A program made the translations under genes and the position numbers. Positions 39,301 through 51,649 of a DNA stretch of 64,000 nucleotides are shown one piece after another. The notes beneath the pieces were generated by a model. It searched no databases. It was not told the origin of the DNA and saw only the letters and a list, made by a program, of their open reading frames with translations. Source of the stretch: Takakia lepidozioides. Lineage: Eukaryota; Plantae; Bryophyta. Location: the NCBI GenBank assembly GCA_030704615.1, contig CM060732.1, forward strand, positions 77,190,001 through 77,254,000, given 5' to 3'. The first letter of the stretch is position 1. Every line of letters begins with the position of its first letter.

Positions 39301-42300
39301 GTGGAATTTCAACAACAAGATGATGACGGAAGGAGTTCAAATCTCCAACTGGGCAGTGGCTGTTTTCGATCAGCGATGTCCTGAGCGGGAGGCAGCCAAC
39401 ATTGCAGACCAGCTGATGCACTGCTGCAACAAAAGAGGAATGGTACCTGAAACTAAAACCTGTTGGAAACACTTGATTCTCACTTATTCTATGCATATCA
39501 AGGCTCTGTGAGCAACAAAGGTTTGAAATCCTGTGTGTGGTATATAGTTGTAGTTATATTCAATGTTTCTCTCCTCTACTAGGTCAATTGTCTTTTACAT
39601 TCAACACCTACTTTCCTGATAATGGTAATGCCTCAAATTGTGGACTAATCACTGCAGCTTACCAGCTGAGATGCATTTATGTACTGATAACTGTGTTGGC
39701 GATTCCAATGTTATAGAAAATGGAACAGCCATGTGCAATTCAGAAAGAGCAGCACAACATGGCTCAAAACTTCCCACCTGATGAAAGAGTTAAAAGAGTG
39801 TTCAGCTCACTTGGGCAATACAAGCCCACTTTCATATTGGCTATCCTTGCTGACAAGGATAGTGAGATTTATGGTAATTGTCCACAACCCTTGAATTTCT
39901 CCTTATCTTCATTAAATTGCTGCTAAATGTGGATTGTATTACTTTGGGCAAGGTGGTGTGGAATGAAGGTTATACCACTTGGTGATATGGCCTGTCCTTA
40001 TCTTATGACAGTCCCTTTGAAGAAGATGTGCGAGACTGTGATTGGAGTCATATCTCAGTGCATGGTCAAACCTCGGCAGCTGAATGATCAATACCTAGGC
40101 AATCTTGCCCTGAAGATCAATCTGAAGGTAGTCTTCCGTTGTGGCTGTGGTATAGTAATATGCTTCACAAAGAGTCTAGAATACACTGAGATGATGCCGG
40201 ATGCTAGGCTTGATAGATCAGGATTTTCATATGTATATGTTTAAATTTGTGTATTCGTGTGTGCAGTGGAGTCCACACTTAATGGCTTGAAACATTGTCA
40301 TTTGACATGATTTTATTGTTGTATCTTGAAATGCAGTTGGGTGGTTACAATTCCATCTTGACCAAAGAAATGACCCCCTTCTTGGTGAAGCCCACCATCA
40401 TTTTTGGAATGGATGTATCGCATGGATCTCCTGGTGATGCAGACTCTCCATCAATTGCAGCTGTAAGAAAGCAAAACTGTAGAGAATTACTCTGCATTGC
40501 TGATGCAGACTCTCCATCAATTGCAGCTGTAAGAAAGCAAAACTGTAGAGAATTACTCTGCATTGCTGATGCAGACTCTCCATCAATTGCAGCTGTAAGA
40601 AAGCAAAACTGTAGAGAATTACTCTGCATTGCTAATACATTCATACATTCATTTTACATATGTAGAACATTTTGTTTGAAGCCAGGTGGATGCTGCCCGA
40701 ACCAGTACTGAAAGTACTTCATGCTGTTTGTAATATGATGGCTGTAGGTTGTTGCATCCAAGCATTGGCCCACGGTGTCAGGCCTGTATGCTTCTCGGGT
40801 GAGGGCACAGCCGCCCAAAATGGAGATGATTCAAGGCCTGCATGAGGAAGTTGGGGGGAAACCTTCTGGCATGATCAGGTAGAAGCTACCTCAGACTGAC
40901 TGGCCAATTTCACTCTGAAGAGGATTTTAAACATAGATTTAACATAGATTTAACTATGTTACCTCACCATGGTGGGCATGACAGGGATCTTTTGATCGAG
41001 TTCTACAACACATGCTCAAGAGATACTCCCCAAGAGCTTCGGAAGCCTGCGCATATCATTGTCTACCGGTTTGCTCACAACCCCTTGCACCTCAAGGCCT
41101 TCGGTATTACTTGGATCACAGGTAGTCCAGCATTCTCTGATAATAAATTGATAGTAAATTCCAACAGGTAGCCCTGTGTACTCTGATAATAAATTGATGA
41201 TAAATTCCTGTGCAGGGATGGGGTGAGCGAGTCACAATTTGATCAGTGCCTGGATCTGGAAGTAACTGCATTCGTTAAGGTAAAGCAGCCCTCCTAATCT
41301 TTCCTGTTCATTTTTGGCTTCTTTTCTTAAACCAACTGCAGCTGTGAGCATGCCGATGACCGCAGGGCTGTGTGCAGGCATGTCAGGCCTTGGAAGAGGG
41401 TTACCGTCCCATGATCACATTTATAGTGGCACAGAAGCGGCATAATACTCGCTTCTTTCCAACACAAGGAGGTCCAAGTCTGCAAAGAACTGGGAATGTC
41501 ATCCCAGGTACGATCACGGTTTCTAGGATCTTGTAAGTTTGAGGATCTTGAATTGCCTCTTGTCCCTCTGTATGCATTTTGCACAGTTCCAAGATGTACT
41601 GTTAAGTATATACGTGGCACTGATCCATGTGTTGCAAAGTTTCTGATACCCAATGAATCGTGAATGTGGGTGTTAGGTACAATCATTGACAGGGATGTGT
41701 GTCATCCCCACACTTACGACTTTTTTCTTTGTAGCCACAACGGGCTCATAGTACGTACCCTTGCCATCCCTCTCCTCAATGTTCCTAGCTCTAGTTTTCA
41801 ACACGTCGTGGCTTACTCATTTCTAATTTCGAATGTGTGCAGGGTACAACAAGACCAACCCACTACCACATCCTGCACAATGAGAACAGTTTCTCGGCCA
41901 ATGATCTGCAGCAACTGACTAACCACCTATGCTACACGTATGGACAGTCCCATGCACTTGCATTCTGTTCTGTTCTATATTGAAAAGATCTTTGTTGTCA
42001 TAGGCTGGCCAGAGCTTTCTAGTTGATCTAATGTGATTTTGTTGGGTGGTTTGTTGATGTGTGAATGTAGGTTCTCACGCTGCACTACAGCTGTTGCTGT
42101 TGGTAAGAAAACTTCTCTGTTTCTCTTGTTTTTTACTTGTCCAAACTCTTGGGCTATTACATAGCTAGGCCACATATTCTTGTACTCCCATGCAGTTGTG
42201 GTTTGTACATGGGTGGGTGTACTTTCTCTTGTGCTTCAGGTATAGGAAGTAGAGTGAGAACTTCCTCTTCCTCTACAAATAAAAGAGATGAAACATTCTG

Positions 42301-42497
42301 ACATGTATTCTGTTTTAACAGCTGCACCAGCTGCGTATGCTCATCTTGTGGCAACTCGCTTTCGCAAGCTGTTGGATAGTGACACTGGCTCAGAGACATC
42401 TTCCCAAAGCCGGTCACGAGAAGGGGGAGCACAGAATGTAGTCCGAGCGCTCCCACCAATCAAGATGAGTGCCAAGCAAAGCATGTTCTTTTGCTAG
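36332..42497 (+). CDS. AGO4: Argonaute, AGO4/6/9 clade (AGO4-like), 22 coding exons, catalytic DEDH intact
   Basis: Exons 36332-36730, 36846-37072, 37175-37260, 37384-37579, 37735-37871, 37971-38080, 38225-38328, 38489-38651, 38843-38959, 39044-39151, 39257-39442, 39717-39873, 40012-40127, 40337-40462, 40748-40878, 40985-41068, 41216-41279, 41378-41507, 41677-41750, 41843-41937, 42071-42102, 42322-42497. Motifs [55 protein letters not shown] and C-terminal SMFFC. Confidence 0.95.
40435..40632 (+). repeat. perfect 3 x 66-bp tandem repeat spanning an Argonaute exon/intron junction
   Basis: Unit TGATGCAGACTCTCCATCAATTGCAGCT|GTAAGAAAGCAAAACTGTAGAGAATTACTCTGCATTGC at 40435, 40501 and 40567. Confidence 0.97.
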
Positions 42498-44082
42498 GAA
42501 AGAGTTTTGCAAAGCAGCTTGAAGCAATGAAGCAGGAAGGTTAGGACCTCAAGGCCAAAGTTGATGCCATTGAAAAGCTAGTCTGGTGTTAGTCTTAAAT
42601 CTTAAGAAGTGCAGCCTGACCTGTGAGCTGCCACATGCAACACAGTGTTAAGAGAGTGTAAGACGAAAAATAGAGCTAAAAGTAGCTCACAGAGTAGAAG
42701 ACCAGAGTAAGAAGGCATGGTACCCCTGAAGTACCCTGAAGTACCCATGTAGTGAGCACAAATGATGTCGCTTCAAGTTTAGTGCCTCATAAAGATCTGC
42801 AAGTTGTCAAGATTCCCATTGGAGAAAATGTATGTGATGATTCATGATGAAAGCTATTTGTTTGTAACCCTTCAAGCACAGTTCATATGATAGACCCTTC
42901 AGCTGCTAAATTTTGCATACTCCTCTTCAAAGGCCATTTGTAGCTCCTTTCAAGAGTCCGGATGTCCCCATACTTGAGACTGAGAGAAACAAAACTCTCA
43001 TTTTATGGAACTTTCCTTTTGTTCTTGCGTGACAGATGTTATGAAAATAAATACCAGCAACCTCACCCAGAAAGTCATTGCTTAACCATGTGCACGGTGA
43101 GTTGCACTACTGCAGATGAACTATGTCTATTTTCCCACAGATGAACACTGTAAAGACCTGTCCGCTATTTTCAAGTTGTCAGCTGAATCTCCTTTGCCTT
43201 CTCAGGGAGCGACATTGGAGTACTACTACTCTAGAACTCCTACTCTAAACATCTGAGTAATGAATGTGCTCCTGTACTCAGACTTCCAGACTGCCAACAA
43301 GCTTCCAAATCCCGACAATGAAGAGGTGGGACATGAGAGGGTTAAGAATCACTGCCGAAGCACCTGAAGCTTAAGAAGGACCCAAGGTTCATGGGCAAAG
43401 GAGATGAAAAAGATGCAAATCACCCTGCTTCTCAAACTCTTCTCTACACTAAGTTGCTGTCTCTTAAGAGGGCCCCCATATTTTGCAAGGCCTTCAGCTT
43501 CGACGTTCACAATGGAGTAGCAGCTTCCCTACACGAAGCTATGGAAGGTTGGGTATTTGTATGGGAGCTTTCAGAAGAGAGTGGATTTGAACCCAGGATC
43601 ACTACCATCTGGGTTAGGTCATATATTTGCGGAAGGATACATTCCTTGAAGTTATGAAACTCTGCAGTCGGATGCGTTTGCTTTGCATCGCTTGAGAGGA
43701 TTCGCTCTCTGTGCATCAAAGGTCGGTGAAAAATCTTGTGTGTGACAGAGCAGATTGATGGGTTTTAAGGGTCAATCGGCCCTGTTTGAGTGATAGGAGA
43801 AAGAGTGACGAAGATTGCTTGTCTTCGATCGAAAAGGTCGTTGGGTATTTTGGAGGAGCGTGGAGTTCCTGAGTCGGAGTATATCTGTTGTGCATCTGCT
43901 CGATGAGATTTCCTGTTTTGGCAGGAAGAGAGAGTGTCGGTTTCGGTCATAAGCAGGAGGCATCTGCCCTGGGTGCGTGCGGCGGTTATCGTTTTCTTCA
44001 ATTTGTCGTGTGGGACTCTTCAATCTGGTTGTCTCGATAAGTTACAAAAGTTTCGGCGGAAGGCAAAGGAGCTCGGGGGAAG

Positions 44083-46060
44083 ATGGCAGCTATGGCGGGA
44101 GCAGCTGCAGGCTTCGCTGTAGCCAAAGGTTTTCATATTTCTGGTATGCTCTTTTCAGGTATACGGGCGTCTGTATGCTTCTCTCTGTGTGGGTGTTTTG
44201 TGATTTATTCTGCATCTGACTGTTGTGTCGATCAGACGCGCGGCCTATTTGCAGTCAATTCGCAGTCCATTCCCAGCTTAGAGGGACCCAGGGGTCTCGG
44301 ATTGTAGAGAGGGCATTGGTTCTGGTATACTCCTTCCAACATATTGGTAAGAATTTCTGCCTTGGTAATGGTTATTGCTGGTAGCGTTGTCCTGTAGCAG
44401 GTGCTGGGGGTGTACACATGTAACCAGAAGACTGTATGTGGAGCAAGTTCACAGAACCGATCAACTCCTCAGTTTTAATTGAGGCTTGCCCTAAGGGATA
44501 GTGCCTTTGGAGAGGGCTGTATTGTCCACTGGCTCTCCAGTGGTTGGTACAACTGTTCCTCAGGTTACCTGCTTGAGGCAGGCATTGCTGCGAGGCCTTT
44601 GTTGCCTATGCTCCAGTCTCAAGTGACCCTCAGCAAACCATCCTCAAACACCCCCGCAAGGGCTGTTACTGCCAGGGGTTCCTACTGCTTTTGTATCAGC
44701 CATGATCATTTTTTGAGTTTTTTCTCTATGGTTTTGGAGGCAGTTGAAATGATTTCTAATTGTTATGTTCTGACTTCCTCTCACCTCAAAGCACTCATCT
44801 TGTTTCTGCAGATACACACAGGTCCAGTGTCATAGGGTTGCAAGAGCATTCACGGCAGGATGCTGTGAGGAATGAATTAGCAACTTCAACTTCACAGATT
44901 CTTAGACCTACAGGGATTTGTGGGAAAAGGAGGTCCCCTAATGCATTTGCTTCAGCAACATGTAGTGCTGCCTTGGTAAGTTCTTCTATGGTCTGGCTTT
45001 TCTTTGTTTTGGGTGCTGTGTGGGTTTTTTGGCATGGAGAAGGCATTTGGCATCCCTCTCTTCAGTCACAGTGTTACTGTCTTAATGGCCTGATTGGAGT
45101 ATGCAAAAGATAAAGACTGAGAGAAAGACCCTTGTGGGATCTTGTAGGGAGCCACATGTCAAGCAGAACAGCAAACTATACAAAATAAATCAGCTGTTGC
45201 CAATAAAGCTCCCATTGAATGTACGTACCCTCCCTTCTCTTCCCCATGGTGTTCCCTATGGGCTTGTCTCTTTCTCTGTGTTTTTCAATGCGGCAGGTGT
45301 TGAGTGGCTACCGGATCAAAGAAGCTATCCTTGCTCCATGAAGATTCCATATATGGCCACCACCAACAAAAAGACCTAACGCACAGTTATGCAGAACAGA
45401 ATTGAAATTTGATGTACGCCTCAACTTCAACATGATAATAGAGTTAGGCCCCACATGCAACATGGTTGATTATCATGTTGAATGAGGGGCATAAATTGAA
45501 GCGCAATTCTATTATGTAGAATTGAGCATGTTTAGCTTGGGTCTTTTTGTAGCTTGTGACCATATATTGAATCTTGATGGAGCAGGGCTAACTTCTTTGA
45601 TCCGGTGACCACGATACTGTCTTTAAAACTGACAGCAAAGTAGTAGCCTATGGATGATCAAGAATCTACTTCAAGAGCATCCAAGGGTACATGGTCACGT
45701 TTTGATAAGTGTAGTGCTTTGTCATGACTTTCCTCCACATCTGACTGGTTGATACAAGTACGGAAGTTGGGTTTGTCCTCATTTACAAGCATTGTAACTC
45801 CGTTTCTAATGATAATGTTTCTTTTTGCAGCTAAAAACAAGGTATTCACGCCAAAGCTTGATGATGGGGGGCCTGCGGGACCTGGGGGTGGGGATGGTGG
45901 CGGAGGAGGTGGTGGTGGTGGGGGAGGGGGTGGCGGCTTTTTGTTTTGGGGGTTGTTAATGCTTTTGGGCTTGTTGAGAGATCAAGACTCAGAGAAACCT
46001 TACAGGGCAAAACCAAAGAAGAAAGGCAAGAAACGGCAGCCTCGCATGCAGATGGAGTAG
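44083..46060 (+). CDS. YL1: YELLOW LEAF 1-like chloroplast protein
   Basis: Proposed exons 44083-44143, 44236-44346, 44564-44677, 44812-44975, 45148-45220, 45831-46060. The C-terminus CSAALGATCQAEQQT..PKLDDGG-polyG-FLFWGLLMLLGLLRDQDSE resembles YL1 as I recall it. The N-terminal exons are less certain. Confidence 0.7.
45292..45621 (+). ncRNA. ~330-nt intronic fold-back, candidate miRNA/hpRNA precursor
   Basis: Perfect stems at 45310-45324/45592-45606 (15 bp) and 45426-45439/45469-45482 (14 bp), with continuous imperfect pairing between them. Confidence 0.5.
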
Positions 46061-46659
46061 GTCTCAAGTTTGAAACTTATGAAACCTTTACAATTCAAAG
46101 GCTTCAGTTCCCATAAGATTATACGTTATTCTTTTCGTGGCAGTTGCATAGTTCAACTGGAAGCCTGCAACTTCTTTAATTTTTGGTAGTATTTGAAAAC
46201 TTTGACTACTTGTTTGAATCTCTTAAGGGGTGGGAAAGGGAATGATTTGAGCTTTGTCTTTCTTCTTTGAGTTTATCTAAGTGGACACTTGACAGGCTTG
46301 TCAATTGGCAGCCCTCTTTTCTCCTTCCACCTTGAGTGAGGAGACATTTTTACTCGCAGGCTGATGTGTGGAGGGAATGAAAGCACATATTTCTGGTGTT
46401 GAGACAAATAGTGAACTTTTTGAATCAAAGTGGCAGGAAGTTTGATGTTTGGGAGTGTAGCAGCCCAGCATCTGGTAATGACCACTATAACCTCTTTCGA
46501 GACTATGACCTCTTTTGAGAAAGCACTCCCTTAAATTAAGCTCAAATCTGCGGCCAACTGAAACCATGTTGTGGAAAGCTAGGCTCAAAAATTCCCAGGA
46601 AGAAAGAAGGAAATGTCTGAGAATGGATTGTGAGTTGCAGACAATGCTTGGTTCCAATT

Positions 46660-47055
46660 CCACTTATCCATTATGGTTGCCAAAATTGTGATGCAGACAA
46701 CAGTGGGGTACACCTTTGCCAGCAGATATGGCATTGTCAGTATGAGATACAAACCAATAAGGCCTAAATCTCCTTGTGAGACTAAACTATCTAGTACACC
46801 TTGATATGCCACTGCTTTTCCTTCAGATCTGCTAGTTTATCTCCCAGTTCGTAACTCTGCAACCCACTTATCCATCATGGTTGTCAAGAATGTGCTACAG
46901 ACAACAATGGGCACACCTTTGCCAGCCGATATGGCGTTGTTAGTAAGAGATACAAACCAATAAGGCCTAAATCTCCCTGTGTACTAAACCATCTAGTACA
47001 CCTCGACATGCCACTGCTTGTTTTTCTTCAGGTCTGCTAGTTTCGTCTCCCAGCT
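46660..47055 (-). repeat. tandem duplication of the FNR last codons, stop and 3' UTR
   Basis: 46660-46850 is a diverged copy of 46864-47055, including the QWH.(E/K)VY* end. Confidence 0.85.
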
Positions 47056-49739
47056 CTCCCCCCTTGCCTCTGCAACCCTCTTCAGGGTGTCTTGAATGCC
47101 AGGCATCATGCCTCTCAACCCACAGAAGTAGATGTGTGCACCCTTGTCAAGCAGCTGGAACACCTCTTCACTGTATTCTTCAATTTTATCTTGCACGTAC
47201 ATTTTGCCACCTCGTGCATTGTTCTGCTCACGACTCAATGCTATGTCATATCTGAAGTTATCAGGGAACTTCTTCAGGTACTCACTGAACTCATCATGGT
47301 AGAGAAGACTGTCGGTGTTGGCCACACCCAAGAATAGCCAAGAAAGTCCGCCGAATTTGAAGTTGGTAACATCCTCCATGAACATTCTCCGCAAGTAGCC
47401 TCTATAAGGAGCGATGCCTGTGCCAGTAGCTACCATTATGTGTGTTGCTTTGGGATCTTCTTCAGGTAACAGCATCACCTTTCCTGATGGACCTGCAGGG
47501 ACAACCCATGATACAATTACACAAAATGTTCGGAATCCTCTCACTTCCGGTCTGGGCCTCCCATGCTCATAGTACATCTCCTTGTTTCACTCTTTCCTTT
47601 TTTCTCTGCGCATCTGTTTTTGCTCAGATTCAAAGGCTTCAGCTAAATTATGCAGTCAATTACTACTGCCACATTGCTACAGCAAGAACTGTTTTGAGAA
47701 CACACTCATCACTCCTCTCTGTCTCGCTCTTATTACTTCAAAGGCTACTGAGTACGTTCTTATTACGTCAAATCAACCTGCACCTCTGTTCACCAACTTT
47801 CAAAATCTTGAGGCTGAGCCTAAAGCCCTGGCCCTGTTGGGGTCTAACTTTTGGGCTGTTCACACAAAGCAGATTGATGCTTGTGTGAAGGGCTTCAAGG
47901 ATATCTGGCAAGCCTGAACTGATTGTTTATCTCAAGGTACGTCCCACTACTGGAGTGAGCCCCTCACAAAGGTAGTGTCTATCCCTCTGTTTCCATCCAA
48001 ACTGCATTGGGTTTATGGCCACAAGGCTATGGCACAAGTGAGTACATTCTTATTACTTCAAAAACAATGGTATACACACGGCCTGACAAACAGCCACAAG
48101 TGCAAGTAAGAGTTCTGCAGCATGAGCTTACCAGTAATCTGAACCGTATCTCCAGGCTTGCTGTCACAGAGGAAGTTACTACAGATACCCTTCTTTGAAG
48201 GATCCTCCTTCCCTGTCTCCGGATCATAATAAACTGCCCTTCTGACACACAGACTAGCCGTCTTACCATCGAAGTCATCTCCATACCGGGTGGAAGCAAT
48301 GGAGTAAAGGCGGACAGTGTTTGGAGTGCCAGGTTTCTTAGGATTCTCACCCTGTATGAGAAGTAAAGCCCACATGTACACGTAATGTCAAGTCAAGTAT
48401 CCTAAGGTGTAAAGCTTCCGATCCTTCTAGGGAGGCAGGAAGCTAAAAGCAACCGGGCAAAAACCAAAATCATTGGAGTGTCAGAATTACCGGAGGAATG
48501 ATGCCATAACTCTGCCCTTCCCAGTAGGGTACATCTCCATTATGGTCAATCACAATGTGACAAGTCTCACCAGGAGCTTTGACCCCCACAATCCTTTCAA
48601 CAGACTTGATTGTTCCAATATAGGGCTCCTTGTTCTTATAGGTGTTCAAAGGAGGCTGCGTAGCGGTCTCAAGCTCCACTGGAAATGTGGTAACCTTAGT
48701 GTACGCCCTTATTCTTGGAAGCCCTACTCCTTGCAAGGTCCATGTAGAGGAAGTCCATTGTAGGGACGGCAGAGACTGGCCTGAAAAGAATGTGCGGGTC
48801 TCAAGGAAAAATGCTTGATTTGAGGAGACCTGCTTAACATGAAACAACATCAAAGAGCAGACATTAGAGCACCAAAAGTGAGCAGAGAACCCTACTAACA
48901 GAAGTTGAAGATGAAGGACAAGAAGCCAGATCTAGTAACTTATTCACACATGACAATAAACTAGAAGCTCAAGGACACGATAATGAATGGGAGAAGGGAG
49001 AGGGAAATGCAGGCAGACTCTCCGACTCTCCAACTCAAACATGCTGAGAAAGACCACTAGGTACTGAAACATTTGAACATGTGTGTTAACCTTGTACACT
49101 TTCATCTGACTTCATAACCGAACAGAGTAATAAAAAGCACTTCACCTTGCATCTCTGAGAGGTAGCCGGGCAGCTTGGTGTAGCAGCAAGAGTAGGCAAA
49201 CATGGATTTGCCTGCCAATTAAATTCAAGATCAACCTACATTAGGAATTCAGCATTGGAAGTCCGTGACAAGAAAATCACCAAAATGCTGGAAAATATTT
49301 ACAGAACGGCAAAGAAGAGCGGAAACCAAACCCACTTGCCACAACCGGTCACAGCGACAATTACTTGGCAAATGCACACTAGCAGAAAAAGAAAATCGCC
49401 GTCCGTCTTAATGGAGACTCTCAAGGTTCCCTAGACATATGCCATAAACCCGTAAAGGTCCGAGGAATCACCACCCCATAGGCATCCTTTTCAGAGGACA
49501 TGCTTTATAAAGCTGAATGTAATCCCACTCCCACAAGAATTACCGTCGCTAGTCTGTAGTCCCGTAACTCCAAGTGGAAAATCAGCACATCACTAACTTC
49601 AATACATCGCAAGTATCTAGAATGAAAAGTCGCTCCTAGCCGAAAGACCAAAGCAAGAGCCCAAGACGAGAGCCATCACTACAAACTCCACAATCAAGCA
49701 GCCACAATGTCGAACCTGAAAAGCAGCTGCTTGCGCCAT
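46993..49739 (-). CDS. RFNR: ferredoxin-NADP+ reductase, root (heterotrophic) type
   Basis: Exons 49716-49739 (MAQAAAFQ), 49146-49211, 48491-48829, 48132-48351, 46993-47492. Motifs [59 protein letters not shown]. Confidence 0.96.
47773..48038 (+). mobile_element. 266-bp 3' fragment of the RTEX-like LINE in an FNR intron
   Basis: Matches the reverse complement of ~876-1137 ([22 protein letters not shown]). 24-bp TSD at 47749-47772 / 48039-48062 (22/24). Confidence 0.88.
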
Positions 49740-51649
49740 GTCTGCAGAATGTTGCAAACAACCGCCCGTCCTTTGATAATCTCCAACGATTTCTGAGAAA
49801 ATCCTTCAGGTTGTCACCCCTCCTTCCACTACCCTCCCGTCCAGCAGAATTCTGCAACAACCGCCTTCTCTTCTGCTACTCTCCAGAAGCATCCAACCAA
49901 CACCCCACGCCTTCAGATTTAAGCTCTCCTCCTCCAAACACTGTCCGCAGTACCCACAGAGCCCTCTGGGGCTTTGTCTCTTCCTGCCACACAAATCCCT
50001 GCAGAGCGGCTTCGATTGTCTGGAATCTCTTGCGATCGAAAGGTCTCTCGCAGGGATTTCCCTCTCAGACCTCTCTCGCAAGAGATCCGGAGACAAAGCG
50101 TGCGGCTCCACGACCGTGCATTCTTCCATTCATCCAAGGTTGGCCTATCACCGACGGGGGCCTATTACCGGGGCTTGATACCAAAGTATTGACAGGTGGA
50201 ATCCGTTGATTCGGTGTTTGGGCATAGCTCAGGGTTGTATAAGCATTGTGATTGGCTGTCAGATATTTCCCACTGACCTATTCTTACTTCTTGGTTTCAT
50301 CAAATCCAGTGACTCCGCGTGTCTTAGGATGCCCTTGACTACCACTCGGGAATAGAAGCGACTAGCTTTCGTAAGCCAATTTATCCAATTCGCGAGCGAA
50401 GTTCTGTCATCCATCTCTTCACAACATTCATCAATATGATAACAACCAATGGTTATGTTTTGTCTTATTTTATTTTAATTTTTAATAAAGGAAAGGGGAC
50501 AGAGTTGTCCAATAGGTAAATGTCATAGAACTATCTTTTGGAAATGTTTGGCAACCCGGCCGCACTTAGTTCCGATTGTTTAGTTTTCTTCGTTCAGCTT
50601 GTGCAAATTTTGTTCCGTCATGGCATTATTCCAGGATATTATGAGATTCCAATATATTATTAGAATAGTTACGGAATATTCTACTGTGCTCACCTGCCCG
50701 CGCATGTGAGAAATCGAATTACCAACCTCTCAAACTTATTGTTTTCTTTTTGACCGAAAATCGCCAGATTTCGACCTGGAAAATGGGTCAGCTACTTGTA
50801 CAAAGGAATTTTGGGGGGTAAAATCCGAGTATTTCGCAAAAAACGCCAGTTGTTGAATATCAGGAGCCTGATTTTGCCAACATGGAGTAGGTAGTTAAAA
50901 CGTGCCACCTGGTATATTGCCACTTTTCTAACCCTGCCACCTTGTTATTCTCGCCACATCTGCAGTGGGTAGAATTCACATGTGGCCCCGCCCGCGATTT
51001 TGGAAAAAAGAAAAAAAAAACCATTTCTACCAGGAAGCGTAGGTGGAAATTTGGTCTTCAGAAAAAAAAAGTTTAGTTGTCTTCTTGGCCGCGCTGGAAG
51101 CAAATTTAGTTTCATAATGGCATTATTCCAAGATATTATGAGAATGGTTTTAGGAATATTCCACTGTGCTCACCTACCCACCCACATGAGAAATGGAACT
51201 TATAATCAACCTCTCAAACTCAACTACCCGAAGTGTGAAAAATGCCATCGACTAGTAGCTCAGCTGTAAGTGCACAGTGTGTCACCTCGGTCACCTCGGT
51301 CACCCGTGTGCGGATTATTCGTACTCGGTATTGTTGTCGGTCCTGGTGTTGTTGTCCTCCCTATAGGTCTCATGGCCCATAAATGAAAGGGGGTTAATTC
51401 CAGTGTTGTGCGGGTACCCGCTTAGGCGGGTTGAAACCGGCGGTTCCGGTTCCGGATCCTGGAACCAGTACTAGAACCAGAACCGGGGGAGCAGGGACGA
51501 GCCGGTTCCAGAACCGGAACCGGCGGGTGCGGGTTTTTCCAGGAACTGGAAACCGGGGGGTTAGTGGCAGTTCCGGATCCGGTTCCCGCACTAGGGTTTT
51601 TTTTTTTTTTTTTCCGCGATCTGTCGTCTCTCACGCACGATCTGCTGCA

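Noticed and set aside
40435-40632. CRISPR-like repeat array
   Set aside because: The units are fully identical with no unique spacers, in a eukaryotic gene context.
36332-49739. Functional cluster linking Argonaute, hairpins, YL1-like and FNR
   Set aside because: Only proximity supports it. No extended complementarity between the hairpin arms and local genes was seen.
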